A stretch of DNA of 64,000 bases from contig CAWEQH010000001.1 in the NCBI GenBank assembly GCA_963811165.1, positions 448,001-512,000 of the forward strand, given 5' to 3'. The stretch comes from an uncultured Nitrospiraceae bacterium (lineage in GTDB: Bacteria > Nitrospirota > Thermodesulfovibrionia > Thermodesulfovibrionales > UBA6898). The position numbers were made by a program, and so were the translations under genes. The notes beneath the pieces are model-generated. The model had not been told where the DNA came from, made no database searches, and saw only the letters and a program-made list of their open reading frames with translations. Below are positions 49,412 to 60,225 of the stretch, one piece after another. Within the stretch, counting starts at the first letter, position 1, and the number at the start of each line of letters is the position of its first letter.

Positions 49412-49450
49412 AAGCATATCCGAGAAGCATATCCGAGCATATCCGAGAAG
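49412..49450. repeat. Short tandem repeat GCATATCCGAG x3
   Basis: AAGCATATCCGAG-AAGCATATCCGA-GCATATCCGAG-AAG. Confidence 0.75.
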
Positions 49451-49539
49451 TTTGTTCGATGTTTTTTTACTTGGAATTTTAATTTCGTTTGTGCTTTAGA
49501 AATATCTTTTCGAATATCATAGTAAACTGATCGGAGGGC

Positions 49540-49575
49540 AAAAAAAAGGCGGGGAAAATGTCCCCGCCTTTTTTT
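49540..49575. terminator. Bidirectional intrinsic terminator downstream of groL
   Basis: A8-GGCGGGGA...TCCCCGCC-T7. Confidence 0.9.
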
Positions 49576-49596
49576 CGATCTGTATTCGAAAGTGGA

Positions 49597-51231
49597 TTAA
49601 TACATTCCGCCCATGCCGCCGCCCGGAGGCATGGCAGGCATTTCAGGTTTTTCTTCAGGAAGATCCGTGATCATTACGGAGGTGGTGAGCATAAGAGAGG
49701 CGACCGAAGCCGCATTCTGGAGGGCATATCTCGTCACCTTTGTCGGATCGATGATACCGCTTTTGAGCATATCTACATACTCTTCGCTAGCAGCGTTAAA
49801 GCCGTAGTTTGCATCTTTTGAGCTCTTGACCTTGTCGACGATCACCGACGGCTCCAATCCGGTGTTATTGATGATCTGCCGGATCGGCTCTTCGAGCGCC
49901 CTCTTTAAGATATCCACGCCTACAGTCTGGTCATGGTTGTCGAGCTTCAGGTTTTTGAGAGCGCCTATGCACCGAAGCAGAGCAACTCCGCCGCCCGGGA
50001 CAACGCCTTCTTCTACGGCTGCCCTTGTTGCGTGGAGCGCGTCTTCTACCCTTGCCTTCTTCTCTTTCATCTCGGTCTCCGTTGCAGCTCCTACGTTGAT
50101 GACCGCTACTCCGCCGACTATTTTCGCAAGGCGTTCCTGGAGCTTTTCCTTGTCGTAATCGGACGTGGTCTCATCGATCTGGGCCTTGATCTGTTTTACC
50201 CTGCCCTGGATCTTTGCCGGGTCTCCCGCACCTTCGACGATTGTCGTGTTTTCCTTGTCTACGGTGATCTTCTTCGCCTTTCCAAGGTCATTGATCTTTA
50301 CGCTTTCGAGTTTGATTCCGAGGTCCTCTGAGATCACCGTGCCGCCGGTGAGGATCGCGATGTCTTCAAGCATCGCCTTTCTCCTGTCGCCGAAGCCCGG
50401 CGCCTTGACTGCGCATACCTGGATCGTGCCTCTGAGTTTGTTGACGACCAGGGTCGCAAGGGCCTCGCCCTCGACTTCTTCTGAGATGATCATGAGAGGC
50501 TTGCCCATCTTCGCGGTCTGCTCGAGGATCGGGAGAAGGTCTTTCATCGAGGAGATCTTCTTTTCATTGAGGAGGATGAAGACGTCTTCGAGATTGCACT
50601 CCATCCTGTCGGGGTCTGTGATGAAGTAGGGTGAAATATAGCCCCTGTCAAACTGCATCCCTTCCACTACGTCGAGGGCCGTCACCATGCTCTTTGCCTC
50701 TTCGACCGTGATGACGCCGTCCTTGCCGACTTTATCCATCGCATCGGCGATCAGTTCGCCGATCGTAGGGTCATTGTTTGCGGAGATGGTGCCGACCTGT
50801 GCGATCTCTTTCTTGTCCTGAACCGGCTTGCTGATCTTTTTAAGCTCTGCGACGACCGCGTCGACTGCTTTTTCAATGCCCCTTTTAATGTCCATCGGGT
50901 TTGAACCGGCTACAACGTGCTTGATCCCGCCGCTGTAAATCGCATGGGCCAGGACGGTCGCTGTCGTTGTTCCGTCGCCTGCGACATCCGAAGTCTTGCT
51001 CGCTACTTCTCTTACGAGCTGAGCGCCCATGTTTTCATAAGGGTCTTTCAGCTCGATTTCTTTTGCAACCGTGACGCCGTCTTTTGTGATAGTGGGAGCG
51101 CCATATTTTTTGTCGATGATGACATTTTTGCCCTTCGGGCCGAGGGTGGCCTTGACCGCATTGGTGAGCATGGTGATGCCCCGTAATATTGTGGTCCTTG
51201 CCTCCTCATCAAATAGAAGCTGTTTTGCCAT
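49597..51231 (-). CDS. groL: Chaperonin GroEL
   Basis: [19 protein letters not shown] tail. Confidence 0.98.
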   Translation of the reverse strand: MAKQLLFDEEARTTILRGITMLTNAVKATLGPKGKNVIIDKKYGAPTITKDGVTVAKEIELKDPYENMGAQLVREVASKTSDVAGDGTTTATVLAHAIYSGGIKHVVAGSNPMDIKRGIEKAVDAVVAELKKISKPVQDKKEIAQVGTISANNDPTIGELIADAMDKVGKDGVITVEEAKSMVTALDVVEGMQFDRGYISPYFITDPDRMECNLEDVFILLNEKKISSMKDLLPILEQTAKMGKPLMIISEEVEGEALATLVVNKLRGTIQVCAVKAPGFGDRRKAMLEDIAILTGGTVISEDLGIKLESVKINDLGKAKKITVDKENTTIVEGAGDPAKIQGRVKQIKAQIDETTSDYDKEKLQERLAKIVGGVAVINVGAATETEMKEKKARVEDALHATRAAVEEGVVPGGGVALLRCIGALKNLKLDNHDQTVGVDILKRALEEPIRQIINNTGLEPSVIVDKVKSSKDANYGFNAASEEYVDMLKSGIIDPTKVTRYALQNAASVASLMLTTSVMITDLPEEKPEMPAMPPGGGMGGMY

Positions 51232-51275
51232 AATGTTTTTCCTCCTGAATAATGGTTATGTACTATAGTGTAATT

Positions 51276-51539
51276 TTATCCCTCGACGATGCCGAGAATG
51301 TCTTCTTCTTTGATGATCAGATATTCGTTGTTGTCGATATTGACCTTTGATCCGGAATATTTGTCAAAGAGGATGGTATTGCCGACCTTTACCTCTTTCA
51401 CCTCTGAACCGACCGCCTCGACCAGGCCCTTCTGGGGTTTTTCCTTTGCCGAATCCGGGATGTAAAGTCCGCCCGGGGTCCTTTCCCCCTCTTCGGTGTA
51501 CTTTACAAATACCCTATCTTTGAGTGGCTTGAATTTCAT
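51276..51539 (-). CDS. groS: Co-chaperonin GroES
   Basis: KPLKDRV, GGLYIPD.AKEKP, EEDILG. Confidence 0.96.
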   Translation of the reverse strand: MKFKPLKDRVFVKYTEEGERTPGGLYIPDSAKEKPQKGLVEAVGSEVKEVKVGNTILFDKYSGSKVNIDNNEYLIIKEEDILGIVEG

Positions 51540-51579
51540 AGACTCTTCTCCTTTCTGAATAGTTCTTGTTTTGGGATTG

Positions 51580-51606
51580 TTAGCACTCAATGCGAGTGAG
51601 TGCTAA
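51580..51606. promoter_or_regulatory. CIRCE operator (HrcA site)
   Basis: TTAGCACTC-N9-GAGTGCTAA, perfect consensus, upstream of groS. Confidence 0.96.
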
Positions 51607-51714
51607 TATACTAAAAAAAGGAAGGTTTAGGCAAGTTCTTTTTTACGAAGAATAATTTAGGAAAACCGGCTATTACTAAATAAAGCTCTCAATTTATTTG
51701 ATTTTTCGATGAAA

Positions 51715-52620
51715 TCATGAGATGGCTTTTTTTCTTGCGGAGATAAAATTTTCTATGGCTTCCTTATAGAAGTCCGCGATATGTCTCACTTCCGGAAGAA
51801 TTCTTTGATCATATAATTTCTTCCCTTCCCTCAATTCAGGCGCAAAAACGGCATAAAAGTTATTGTTCCGGATGGCCGCATCAAGTTTGGCGGAGTTATA
51901 TAAATAGATGTCATTTATGATCGTCCGGGCAAGCCTTTTTGCCTTTTCAACTTTTTCGTCAGAGAATCCCGAGGCAGAGACAGGCTCTTTTGCGACGGGT
52001 TCGGTCTTCACCTCAGGCTTTTTGACCTGGGCGCGGTCGATGTCCGGGCGGGGCGGTCCCTCGGCCTTTTCCTCCCCCCGGATTTCCCCGAGCCTGTCGA
52101 CCTTGTCGACAAGCTGCGTTGAAAGATCATGGTCCTCAATGTAGTCATCCGCTCCGTAGAGGGAAACGGGCTCTCTCCTGTACTTGTTTCTGTCGTATAT
52201 CGAAGGGACAAGTATGAATTTCATTCCCTTTGTCTCTGCTCTCATCTTTAATCTCTTGCAGATCTCGAAGCCGTATATCTTTGGAAGAGCGACTTCAACA
52301 ATGCCGAGGAAGGGGTATTCTTTTAATGCTTTGACCATCATGTCTATGCCGTCAGCAGCAGTTACGACGGTGTAGCCGTGACCGCTCAGCAAGGAGACTA
52401 TTGTTCTGAGAGTTTCAGGATTCGAATGGGCGACGAGTATTTTTTTGCCGTCAAGGGTTTTCTTCGGCTGTGCCGCAGGCTGTTTTACCACGAGCACGGC
52501 GCTGCATTTAGGACATTTGAACTTAGAGCCCTCAGGGGAGAGTTTCGAATCATCTACCTTAAGGCGTACCTTGCATTTAGGACATATCACTACCACGTCT
52601 GGTTCCTCCTTGGCAGCCAC
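51715..52620 (-). CDS. Zinc-ribbon (MJ0042-type) + atypical receiver + helical C-terminal domain
   Basis: CPKC..CPKC; receiver with AHS in place of DD and E at the phospho-Asp position; AKRLARTIINDIYLYN domain. Confidence 0.75.
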   Translation of the reverse strand: MAAKEEPDVVVICPKCKVRLKVDDSKLSPEGSKFKCPKCSAVLVVKQPAAQPKKTLDGKKILVAHSNPETLRTIVSLLSGHGYTVVTAADGIDMMVKALKEYPFLGIVEVALPKIYGFEICKRLKMRAETKGMKFILVPSIYDRNKYRREPVSLYGADDYIEDHDLSTQLVDKVDRLGEIRGEEKAEGPPRPDIDRAQVKKPEVKTEPVAKEPVSASGFSDEKVEKAKRLARTIINDIYLYNSAKLDAAIRNNNFYAVFAPELREGKKLYDQRILPEVRHIADFYKEAIENFISARKKAIS

Positions 52621-53261
52621 AGTTTAATCGTGAGAAGGCCTGCGAGAAAACCGCCCACATGAGCGAACCAGGCGGTACCTCCCTGATGCAGAATTCCCTG
52701 CGTGATCAAGCCGCTCACGAACTGTATAATAGCCCAAAAGCCGATAACTATCAAGGCTGGGATCCTTATGACCTGAATGAAAAAGCCGAAAAAAACTATC
52801 GTATGAATTCTTGCCCTGGGGAAAAGGAGCAGATACGCCCCCAAAACACCCGAGATAGCACCGCTGGCGCCTATCATCGGCATCTCGGAGTGCGGTGATG
52901 AGATCGCATGTGAATAGGCCGCGAATACGCCGCAGAAGAGATAGAAAAATACGAACCTCAGATGTCCCAGCCTGTCCTCGATATTGTTGCCGAATATCCA
53001 GAAGTAGAGCATGTTGCCCCCGATATGCAACAGCCCGCCGTGCATGAACATAGAGGTAAATACGGTGAGCACCGCCGGTATCGGCTGGTCCGAGTGGAAG
53101 CTCAGGAGGTTTTTGGGTATCGCGCCGTACGCAGACACCAGATATTGGCTGTCTCTGGATGACAGGAGTTCAAGGACAAAGAACGATATGTTTAAGGCGA
53201 TAATAAGCAAAGTGACAAACGGAAGGGACCGGGTGGGATTGTCGTCCTTAAACGGAATCAA
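52590..53261 (-). CDS. Rhomboid family intramembrane serine protease
   Basis: HGG.LH..GNM, GASG, AHVGG. Confidence 0.93.
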   Translation of the reverse strand: MIPFKDDNPTRSLPFVTLLIIALNISFFVLELLSSRDSQYLVSAYGAIPKNLLSFHSDQPIPAVLTVFTSMFMHGGLLHIGGNMLYFWIFGNNIEDRLGHLRFVFFYLFCGVFAAYSHAISSPHSEMPMIGASGAISGVLGAYLLLFPRARIHTIVFFGFFIQVIRIPALIVIGFWAIIQFVSGLITQGILHQGGTAWFAHVGGFLAGLLTIKLWLPRRNQTW

Positions 53262-53323
53262 AGCTGTTCCTGCGGATCATTTGTTTCGCTGTGCATAGAC
53301 GATGTAAAGTGATATTTCATATT

Positions 53324-53881
53324 TTACACGACTTTGTTCTTTATCTCATTCAAGGCCGAACCCAGATTGTGCCTGAGAACGGACAGGACCTGGGGCGCAT
53401 TAATGGGAATATTTTCCAGATCGGCCCTGATCTCCCTGGTATCGAAGGAAAGCGGCTTCATATCTTTATCATGATCATAGTCAAAGGTGAAATCTATTTC
53501 CGGGTTCCCGGCGATCAATACCAAGAGCGTTTCTGTGATATCACCCAGAGGTTTCATATCGATGTGAGCCGGTCTGAATTGGGCAGTGACTATCGTGCCC
53601 GTCCCCAACGCCGACTCTATCGTGATATCACCCCCCGTTTCCCTGGCCGATTGAGCGAGAAGGGAAAGACCGAGACCGACGCTCCTTGTCGTGCGCGAGG
53701 TAAAGAAAGGGTCGAGCGCCTTTTTCACAAGGTCTGCCGCCATCCCTTTCCCATTGTCCTTTATCTCGACGACGAAACTATTTTCATCCCTGCGATCGAC
53801 CAGCCTTATTCTAATGAGTGTCGCGCCCGCAGTGATCGAATTTTCCGCGATATCGAGTAGGTGAAGGGATATATCTTCCAT
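53324..53881 (-). CDS. HATPase_c ATP-binding protein (hydrogenase-cluster type)
   Basis: SLHLLDIAENS, DNGKG, DPFFTSRTTR.VGLGL. Confidence 0.85.
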   Translation of the reverse strand: MEDISLHLLDIAENSITAGATLIRIRLVDRRDENSFVVEIKDNGKGMAADLVKKALDPFFTSRTTRSVGLGLSLLAQSARETGGDITIESALGTGTIVTAQFRPAHIDMKPLGDITETLLVLIAGNPEIDFTFDYDHDKDMKPLSFDTREIRADLENIPINAPQVLSVLRHNLGSALNEIKNKVV

Positions 53882-53887
53882 GGCTTC

Positions 53888-54628
53888 TCAGAAGGCGACC
53901 TTTCTGCCGCCGGCGCCCTTTAGGGCAAGCCGCAGTTCTTCAAAGGTCGAGTGCTGCATGAAGAGGCTTGTTGTTCTCTTCCCAATATCCTCCAGCCTGT
54001 GTGCGTCCGACGAGGAGATCCAGGGCAGATTCCGGTACGATGAGAATTTTATTCTCGCTTCACCGGCGCTTGTCCTGCACGATATTTCAAGCGCGTCGAA
54101 CCTAAGTTCCTGCGGGATGAACCCAAGCTGGCCTATGATCCCGTATCCTTCACGGTCGATATGGCTTGCCACGGCGAGGCCGTTAAAACTGTGGATAAGA
54201 TCGACCACGCGGTCGACCGAAAGACCCGTTGCCCCTATCAGGAGCCTCTTGTTGAAGCCCAGGACCTCATCAACCTCATTCACCACGACTTGCATGCCGA
54301 AGGTGTCCTCATCGTTTTCGCCGGGCTGCAGATTGTCATAAATGACCTCCTGCATTTTAAATGCGTCCTCTATATTTCCGAAGAGGCCGAGGATATGGAC
54401 CTCCTCAGAGGAGTTTATTTCCATCCCGGCAACCACCTGTATGCCTTTTTTCAAGGCAAGGTCTCTCGTGACGGAGACGTTTTCGGCGGAATTGTGGTCG
54501 CATATGGCGATGATGTTTATTCCCAGCGAAGCGGCTTTTTCGACGATGTCCCGCGGTGTCATCGACAGCTCCGCGCAGGGCGAGAGGCAGGTATGGATGT
54601 GCAGGTCTGCGATGAATTCTACCGGCAT
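53888..54628 (-). CDS. PHP domain phosphoesterase
   Basis: DLHIHTCLSPC, CDHN, GMEI, SSDAH. Confidence 0.88.
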   Translation of the reverse strand: MPVEFIADLHIHTCLSPCAELSMTPRDIVEKAASLGINIIAICDHNSAENVSVTRDLALKKGIQVVAGMEINSSEEVHILGLFGNIEDAFKMQEVIYDNLQPGENDEDTFGMQVVVNEVDEVLGFNKRLLIGATGLSVDRVVDLIHSFNGLAVASHIDREGYGIIGQLGFIPQELRFDALEISCRTSAGEARIKFSSYRNLPWISSSDAHRLEDIGKRTTSLFMQHSTFEELRLALKGAGGRKVAF

Positions 54629-54960
54629 CTCAGGCCGAGGGTATAAAGCCTTCCGACGAGTTCAAAGGCCGCAAGAGGACTCGTCATGACCGGAACGTTT
54701 TCAGCCGACGCCTTCTTTAGTGTGTCTTCTGCCGGCACCCTGTTTTTGACGAGGATGATCCCGGCGAGGCCCTTAAGAGACGCGACGGCGACGATGTTGA
54801 GATGGGACTGGAAGGTCACCCAGACGGATCCTGCCTCCGCGTTTGCGATGACATCCGACAGCATGTCGCTCACATAGCCGCCTGTCACCTCCCGTGTCAG
54901 GTCGGTCCCGGGCGTCTTCACTTCAAGGGAAAGGTTTTCTATAAGGTCACACAGTTTCAT
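54619..54960 (-). CDS. DRTGG domain protein
   Basis: GGYVSDMLSDV, WVT.Q.H.N.VAVA. Confidence 0.85.
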   Translation of the reverse strand: MKLCDLIENLSLEVKTPGTDLTREVTGGYVSDMLSDVIANAEAGSVWVTFQSHLNIVAVASLKGLAGIILVKNRVPAEDTLKKASAENVPVMTSPLAAFELVGRLYTLGLRCR

Positions 54961-55030
54961 AATCCCCCCGCGCGCATATTTTTGACGATGAATCCCAGGT
55001 GCCCGCAATACTTCGAGAACACTTCCCCTC

Positions 55031-55477
55031 TCATGACGTTTGCGGCGGAGGCCCTGCCAGATAAATTATAAACTCCAGGGTCGTCCCCTCGCCTGCCGCC
55101 GACGTTATCGTCAGCTTGTCCACGTTTTTTTTTATGTTCGGCAGGCCCATGCCTGAACCGAACCCCATCTCCCTTATATAGTCAGGCGCCGTAGAATATC
55201 CTTCCCTCATCGCGAGTTCGATATCGGGGATGCCGGGGCCCATGTCCTGAAAGATAACCTTTACCGCTTCCGGCGTGACCGAATAATGCATGATCCCTGC
55301 AACTGCGTAAATAATGGCATTCATCTCCGCCTCAAAGGCCGCAATCGATGCCCTTCTGATTATCTCCGGAGGAATCCCCATATTTTCAAGGACCCCTTTT
55401 AGGTTGCCCGAGGCCGATCCGGCATTTGTGAAATCCTTACCGGTCAGAAAAAAGACTCCATCCGCATTCTGGATCAT
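55031..55477 (-). CDS. Anti-sigma-factor-type Ser/Thr kinase (RsbT/RsbW-like)
   Basis: EAEMN, D.GPGIPDIELAM.EGYST, G.GMGLPN. Confidence 0.87.
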   Translation of the reverse strand: MIQNADGVFFLTGKDFTNAGSASGNLKGVLENMGIPPEIIRRASIAAFEAEMNAIIYAVAGIMHYSVTPEAVKVIFQDMGPGIPDIELAMREGYSTAPDYIREMGFGSGMGLPNIKKNVDKLTITSAAGEGTTLEFIIYLAGPPPQTS

Positions 55478-55830
55478 GATGTTCCCTCGGGCCTGCTTCG
55501 CATCCCCTTCTCGTAAAGCCTGCCGCAGACGTCGAACATCGATAACCCCGTGGCGAGGAGGGGTATATTCTTTCTCTCCGCCATCGCGACCGTCTCGGCG
55601 TCAGGCCTTTTCCCCTGGATGAATACTATCGCCCTGACTTCGGCCACGTCTGCTGTCCTGATTACCTGCGCATTCGTCAGCCCGGTGATCAGCAGAGAAT
55701 GAGTAATGGAAAAGGCGAGCACATCGCTCATGAGGTCCGCGCAATATGCCCTCTTTATCTCCCTGTTCATGTCCTTTTTTCTTGTGAGAATCAGTGCATC
55801 GAGTATGTCTCTGATCTCTCCTATTGTCAT
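55474..55830 (-). CDS. DRTGG domain protein
   Basis: ADLMSDVL, LITGL.N.QVIRTA. Confidence 0.85.
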   Translation of the reverse strand: MTIGEIRDILDALILTRKKDMNREIKRAYCADLMSDVLAFSITHSLLITGLTNAQVIRTADVAEVRAIVFIQGKRPDAETVAMAERKNIPLLATGLSMFDVCGRLYEKGMRSRPEGTS

Positions 55831-55851
55831 GGTAGTATCACTTGCCCGCGG

Positions 55852-58323
55852 TCAGCCCTTTACCGCTTCAATTTTTACCGTATCTCTAAAGGGTGTCCCA
55901 TTTTCAGAAGGACAGGTGAGGGCATTGACCCTGCCGTGAGGGAAATGCATCGACGTAAAGATGGCCCCTGAAGGGACCGCATCGGAGATCCTTGCCTTAA
56001 GGTATACGGCCCCGCGTCTTGAAGATACCTTCACGTGGCTGTTGTCGGTAACTCCGTACTTCCCGGCCTCTTCTTCGTTGATCTCAAGGAAAGCCTCGGA
56101 AACAACAAGGTCGAGGGCCTTTGACCGCGTCGACATCGTGCCGGAATGCTGCAGTACGTCCCTGGTGACGAGGTGCAGCGGATACTCCCCATCTGCCTCT
56201 TCTCCGGGGCTATAAGAGACCGGCTGAAAAATCCTCCTGTCGGACTCTGCGGGGAGCGCCTGAACCGTATTTCTTATGTCGGCAGACACGTCGTCAATAG
56301 TCCTGAATACTATTTCCTTGCCCATCGACAGGGAGAGGTTTCTCAGTATCTGCCAGTCAGGCATGGACTGCCCGGTCGCATCTACCATCCTCTGCAATTT
56401 CTGGGTCACCCCCTCTGCGTTGGTAAACGTACCTTCCTTTTCCGCCCAGCTTGATGCCGGAAGGACCACATGTGCAAACTTCGCGGTCTCCGTCATCGCA
56501 ATGTCCTGAACGATGACAAGTTCAAGAGACTTCAGGGCCCCTATTATCTTAGAACTGTTGGGGAACGCCGAAACGGGATCTTCCCCCATAATGTAGAGGG
56601 CGTGGAGGGAGCCGGGCTTATAAAGCATATCGAACACGTTTTTGCCCACGGCGGTCCCCGCATCGGGTCTTACCCCCATTGTATAAAGGCCAAACGTATT
56701 TGAGTATTCTGCGGGTATCTGGAGTGCATCGGCCTCTTCGCCAAGAAGGGTGATCAGATTGGCGGCCGCCAGGACCAGGTCGGCCCCTTTTGTGTTTTCA
56801 GACAGTCCGACGGTGAAAGAGATCATCCTGTCCTTTGCCGTCGCGATTTTTTCTGCTGTGGCTCCCAGTTCTTCCAGGGAGATCCCGGTCAGTTTTGATG
56901 TGCTTTCGAGTGTGTAATCATTAAGCGCTTTTTCGAATTCCGAGAAGCCCGGTATCTTCGATACCAGCGCCCTGTTGTACAGTCCCTTGTCCATGATGAT
57001 CTTCATCAGCCCGTTCAGTAAGGCAACCGAGGTGCCCTGCCTCATCTTCAGATGAGAGGAACTGTGTCTCGTCAGTTTCGTTTCTCTGCTGTCGGCCACG
57101 ATAAGATGAGACCCCTCCCTTTTTGCCTGCAGGATGTTCAGGCCGTATACCGGATGGGTGACGCTGATATCGGACTCGATGATGAAAATTACTTCTTTGC
57201 CGAGCGGAGCCTTCATGGCGATCGGATGGGACTTCAACCCCAATACCTTATCGAGTACAGCCTGGACCTTCGCATATCCGAAGGCTAAAGAGGAGTCCAT
57301 GTTGCTTGAGCCCACGACGTTCAGCATGAATTTCCGGAGCATGTAGTTGTCTTCGTTGGTGCACCGGTGGGAGCCGAGGGCCCCGACGGAATTGCTGCCG
57401 TGGGCCTTGATGATATTTGACAGGTTTTCGCTTATATAATTCAACGCCTCATCCCATGTTGCGGAAACGAGAACGCCTTCTTTACGGATCATGGGGGTCT
57501 TCAGCCGGTTTTCGCTGTAGATATAATCGATGCCGAACCTGCCCCTGCCGCAGAGGTTGCCTTCGCTGCGTCCGTTGTCTTCCTTCGCACGAGACCTGAG
57601 AACTTTCCCCTCCCTCAGCCCGAGCGTCAGGGTACAGCCGCAGCCGCAGAAAGGACATATCGTGTCTTTTTCTTCGAGGAACCAGGCGCGCGCCTGGAAC
57701 TTGACCGGCTTCGACAGAAGCGCGCCGGTAGGACAGATGTCGATGCATTGACCGCAGTAATCGCATTCCAGTATCTCGCCGAAGGCCGGTTTGACTACAG
57801 TCGAAAACCCTCTCCCGATAAGCCCCAGTGCGCCGCGCCCCTGGTGCTCCGCGCAGATCCTTACGCATTTGCCGCAAAGGATACACCTGTTTGCGGTCAG
57901 CTCTACGAGAGGACCTCTGACGTCGGGCGGAGCCTCTTTGCGGTGGCGTATGAACCGCCCTTCGGGCTTGCCGTATTCATAAGCCAGGTCCTGCAAATCA
58001 CATTCCCCGGCCTTGTCGCAGATAGGACAGTCGAGCGGGATGATGGATCAGAAGAAGCTCCAGCACGGTCTGACGGGCCTTCCTCAGTTTCGGGGTATCG
58101 GTCTTTATCGTCATGCCCGGCGCCACGGGCGTCGAGCATGCGGCAAACAGCCTGGGCTGGCCCTTCCAGCCTCGACAACACAGAGTCTGCAGCCGCCGTA
58201 CGGCCTGAGCCTCTTGTCGTAACACAGATTGGGGATTCTTATGTCGTTTTGCTGTGCGGCCTTGAGGATAGTAGTGCCTTCTTCTACCGATATTTTTTTA
58301 TCGTTTATCGTCAGCTCTATCAT
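55852..58323 (-). CDS. NuoG/FdhA/SfrA-like Fe-S subunit of the molybdopterin oxidoreductase fold (two apparent frameshifts near 58170 and 58037)
   Basis: Stitched N-terminus IPNLC..GGCRLC..AAC..HPLDCPICDKAGEC, CILCGKC, CDYCGQC, CPFCGCGC; no Cys/Sec Mo ligand (NMDSSLAFGY). Confidence 0.85.
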
Positions 58324-60191
58324 TTCGTATCTCCCTTCTTTGTCTCTCCTTCCGCAGTTGTGCCGACGAGTTCGGAAGGGTCTCCTTCGAAACCGGCGGG
58401 CAGGATCCTTATCGACTTGAATTTGCAGGCCTCGTAGCAGGTCCTGCAATGAAGGCAGAGCTCCTGGATGATCTTGTGAGGCTGTTTCTTTTCTCCCATG
58501 ATCGCTTTCGACGGGCATGCCCTCAGACAGGCGCCGCATCCTTTGCAGAGCTTTTCGTCTATCCAGAAGGTGGTCAGGTTGCGGCAGACCCCTGCCTTGC
58601 ACCATTTGTCTTTTATGTGCGATTCGTATTCATCCTTGAAGTATTTGATTGTGGTGAGCACCGGGTTCGGGGCGGTCTGGCCGAGACCGCAAAGTGAGGT
58701 GGCTATAATGTCCCTGCCGAGATCGAGAAGCGTATCTATATCGGACTCTTTGCCTTTGCCTTCCGTGATGTCGGTGAGCATGTCAAGGAGTATCTTTGTG
58801 CCGACTCTGCAGGGCGTGCACTTTCCGCAGGATTCATCAGCGGTAAATTCAAGGAAGAACTTCGCGGTGCCGACCATGCAGGTGTTATCGTCCATGACGA
58901 CCATTCCGCCCGAACCTACGATCGCCCCGGTTGCGACGATATCTTCATAAGTAACAGGCGTGTCGAGCAGATGCTCCGGGATACAGCCGCCTGAGGGACC
59001 GCCGAGCTGGACGGCCTTGAATTTTCTCCCTTTCCTGATGCCGCCGCCTATATCATAGATTATTGTCCTAAGCGGTATCCCCATAGGGACCTCGACGAGT
59101 CCGACGTTGTTTATCGCGCCTGTAAGCGCGAAGACCTTCGTCCCCGCGCTCTTTTCGGTGCCTAGGCTCCTGTACCAGGCCGAGCCTTGAAGGATGATAG
59201 GGGATATCTGCGCAAGTGTCTCGACGTTGTTCAGCACCGACGGTTTGTCCCATAGCCCCTTTACCGCAGGGAAGGGCGGTCTCGGTCTGGGCATGCCGCG
59301 CTTTCCCTCGAGAGAACGCATTAGCGCCGTCTCCTCGCCGCAGACAAAGGCCCCTGCGCCAAGATATATCTCGAGATGGAAATCAAATCCTGTATCCAGT
59401 ATGTTATGTCCGAGCAGTCCTGCTTCGGTGGCCTGGTCTATCGCCAGCTGAAGGCGCTTGACAGCCAGAGGATATTCCGCCCTGACATATATATAGCCGT
59501 GATGCGCACCTATCGCCTTTGCGCCTATTATCATGCCCTCGATTACCGAATGGGGGTCGGCCTCCATGACCGACCTGTCCATGAACGCCCCGGGATCTCC
59601 CTCATCTCCGTTACAGAGCATGTATTTAACGTCCGACTTGACCTTCGATGCGAACTCCCATTTAAGGCCGGTGGGGAAGCCTGCGCCTCCTCTCCCTCTC
59701 AATCCAGAGTCCTTCATGACCTTGACGATATCTTCAGGGGTCATCTGGGTAAGGGCTTTTGCGACTGCCTGGTATCCGTCCCTGGATATGTATTCCTCTA
59801 TCTTTTCAGGGTCTATGAGTCCTTTGTTTCTTAATACCCTCAGGACCTGGTGCTTGAAAAACGGGATGTCCTTCATCCTCGGAATCGCGGTCTTTTTTTC
59901 AGGCTCCTTGAACATCAGCTTTTCGTAGGGCCTGCCTTTCAGGAAATGTTCTTCGACCAGCAGAGGAACATCTTCGACCGTTATCTTCTGGTAAAAGACC
60001 TCGTCAGGATAGACCGCCATCACAGGACCTTCAGCGCAATACCCATTGCAGCCGGTCAGAACGAGCCGTATTTCTTCATCGAGGCCTCTTTTTTTCAGTT
60101 CCTGCTGGATCGCCTCCTTGACATTGGCGGTGCCGCTGGCAACACAACCCGTGCCTGCACATAACATTACATTTGCACGAACCTTTTCCAT
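58320..60191 (-). CDS. NuoF/HydB-type FMN/NADH-binding subunit with extra N- and C-terminal Fe-S domains
   Basis: GRGGAGFPTG, NGDEGDPGAFMDR, CGEET, ESCGKCTPC, C-terminal 2x[4Fe-4S]. Confidence 0.92.
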   Translation of the reverse strand: MEKVRANVMLCAGTGCVASGTANVKEAIQQELKKRGLDEEIRLVLTGCNGYCAEGPVMAVYPDEVFYQKITVEDVPLLVEEHFLKGRPYEKLMFKEPEKKTAIPRMKDIPFFKHQVLRVLRNKGLIDPEKIEEYISRDGYQAVAKALTQMTPEDIVKVMKDSGLRGRGGAGFPTGLKWEFASKVKSDVKYMLCNGDEGDPGAFMDRSVMEADPHSVIEGMIIGAKAIGAHHGYIYVRAEYPLAVKRLQLAIDQATEAGLLGHNILDTGFDFHLEIYLGAGAFVCGEETALMRSLEGKRGMPRPRPPFPAVKGLWDKPSVLNNVETLAQISPIILQGSAWYRSLGTEKSAGTKVFALTGAINNVGLVEVPMGIPLRTIIYDIGGGIRKGRKFKAVQLGGPSGGCIPEHLLDTPVTYEDIVATGAIVGSGGMVVMDDNTCMVGTAKFFLEFTADESCGKCTPCRVGTKILLDMLTDITEGKGKESDIDTLLDLGRDIIATSLCGLGQTAPNPVLTTIKYFKDEYESHIKDKWCKAGVCRNLTTFWIDEKLCKGCGACLRACPSKAIMGEKKQPHKIIQELCLHCRTCYEACKFKSIRILPAGFEGDPSELVGTTAEGETKKGDTK

Positions 60192-60225
60192 CTATGTCCT
60201 CCGTTTTTTCAGTTTCATTGTCACT

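Noticed and set aside
55852..58323. Formate dehydrogenase alpha subunit or selenoprotein
   Set aside because: There is no Cys, in-frame TGA or adjacent His at the Mo-ligand position; the breaks are frameshifts, not UGA codons.
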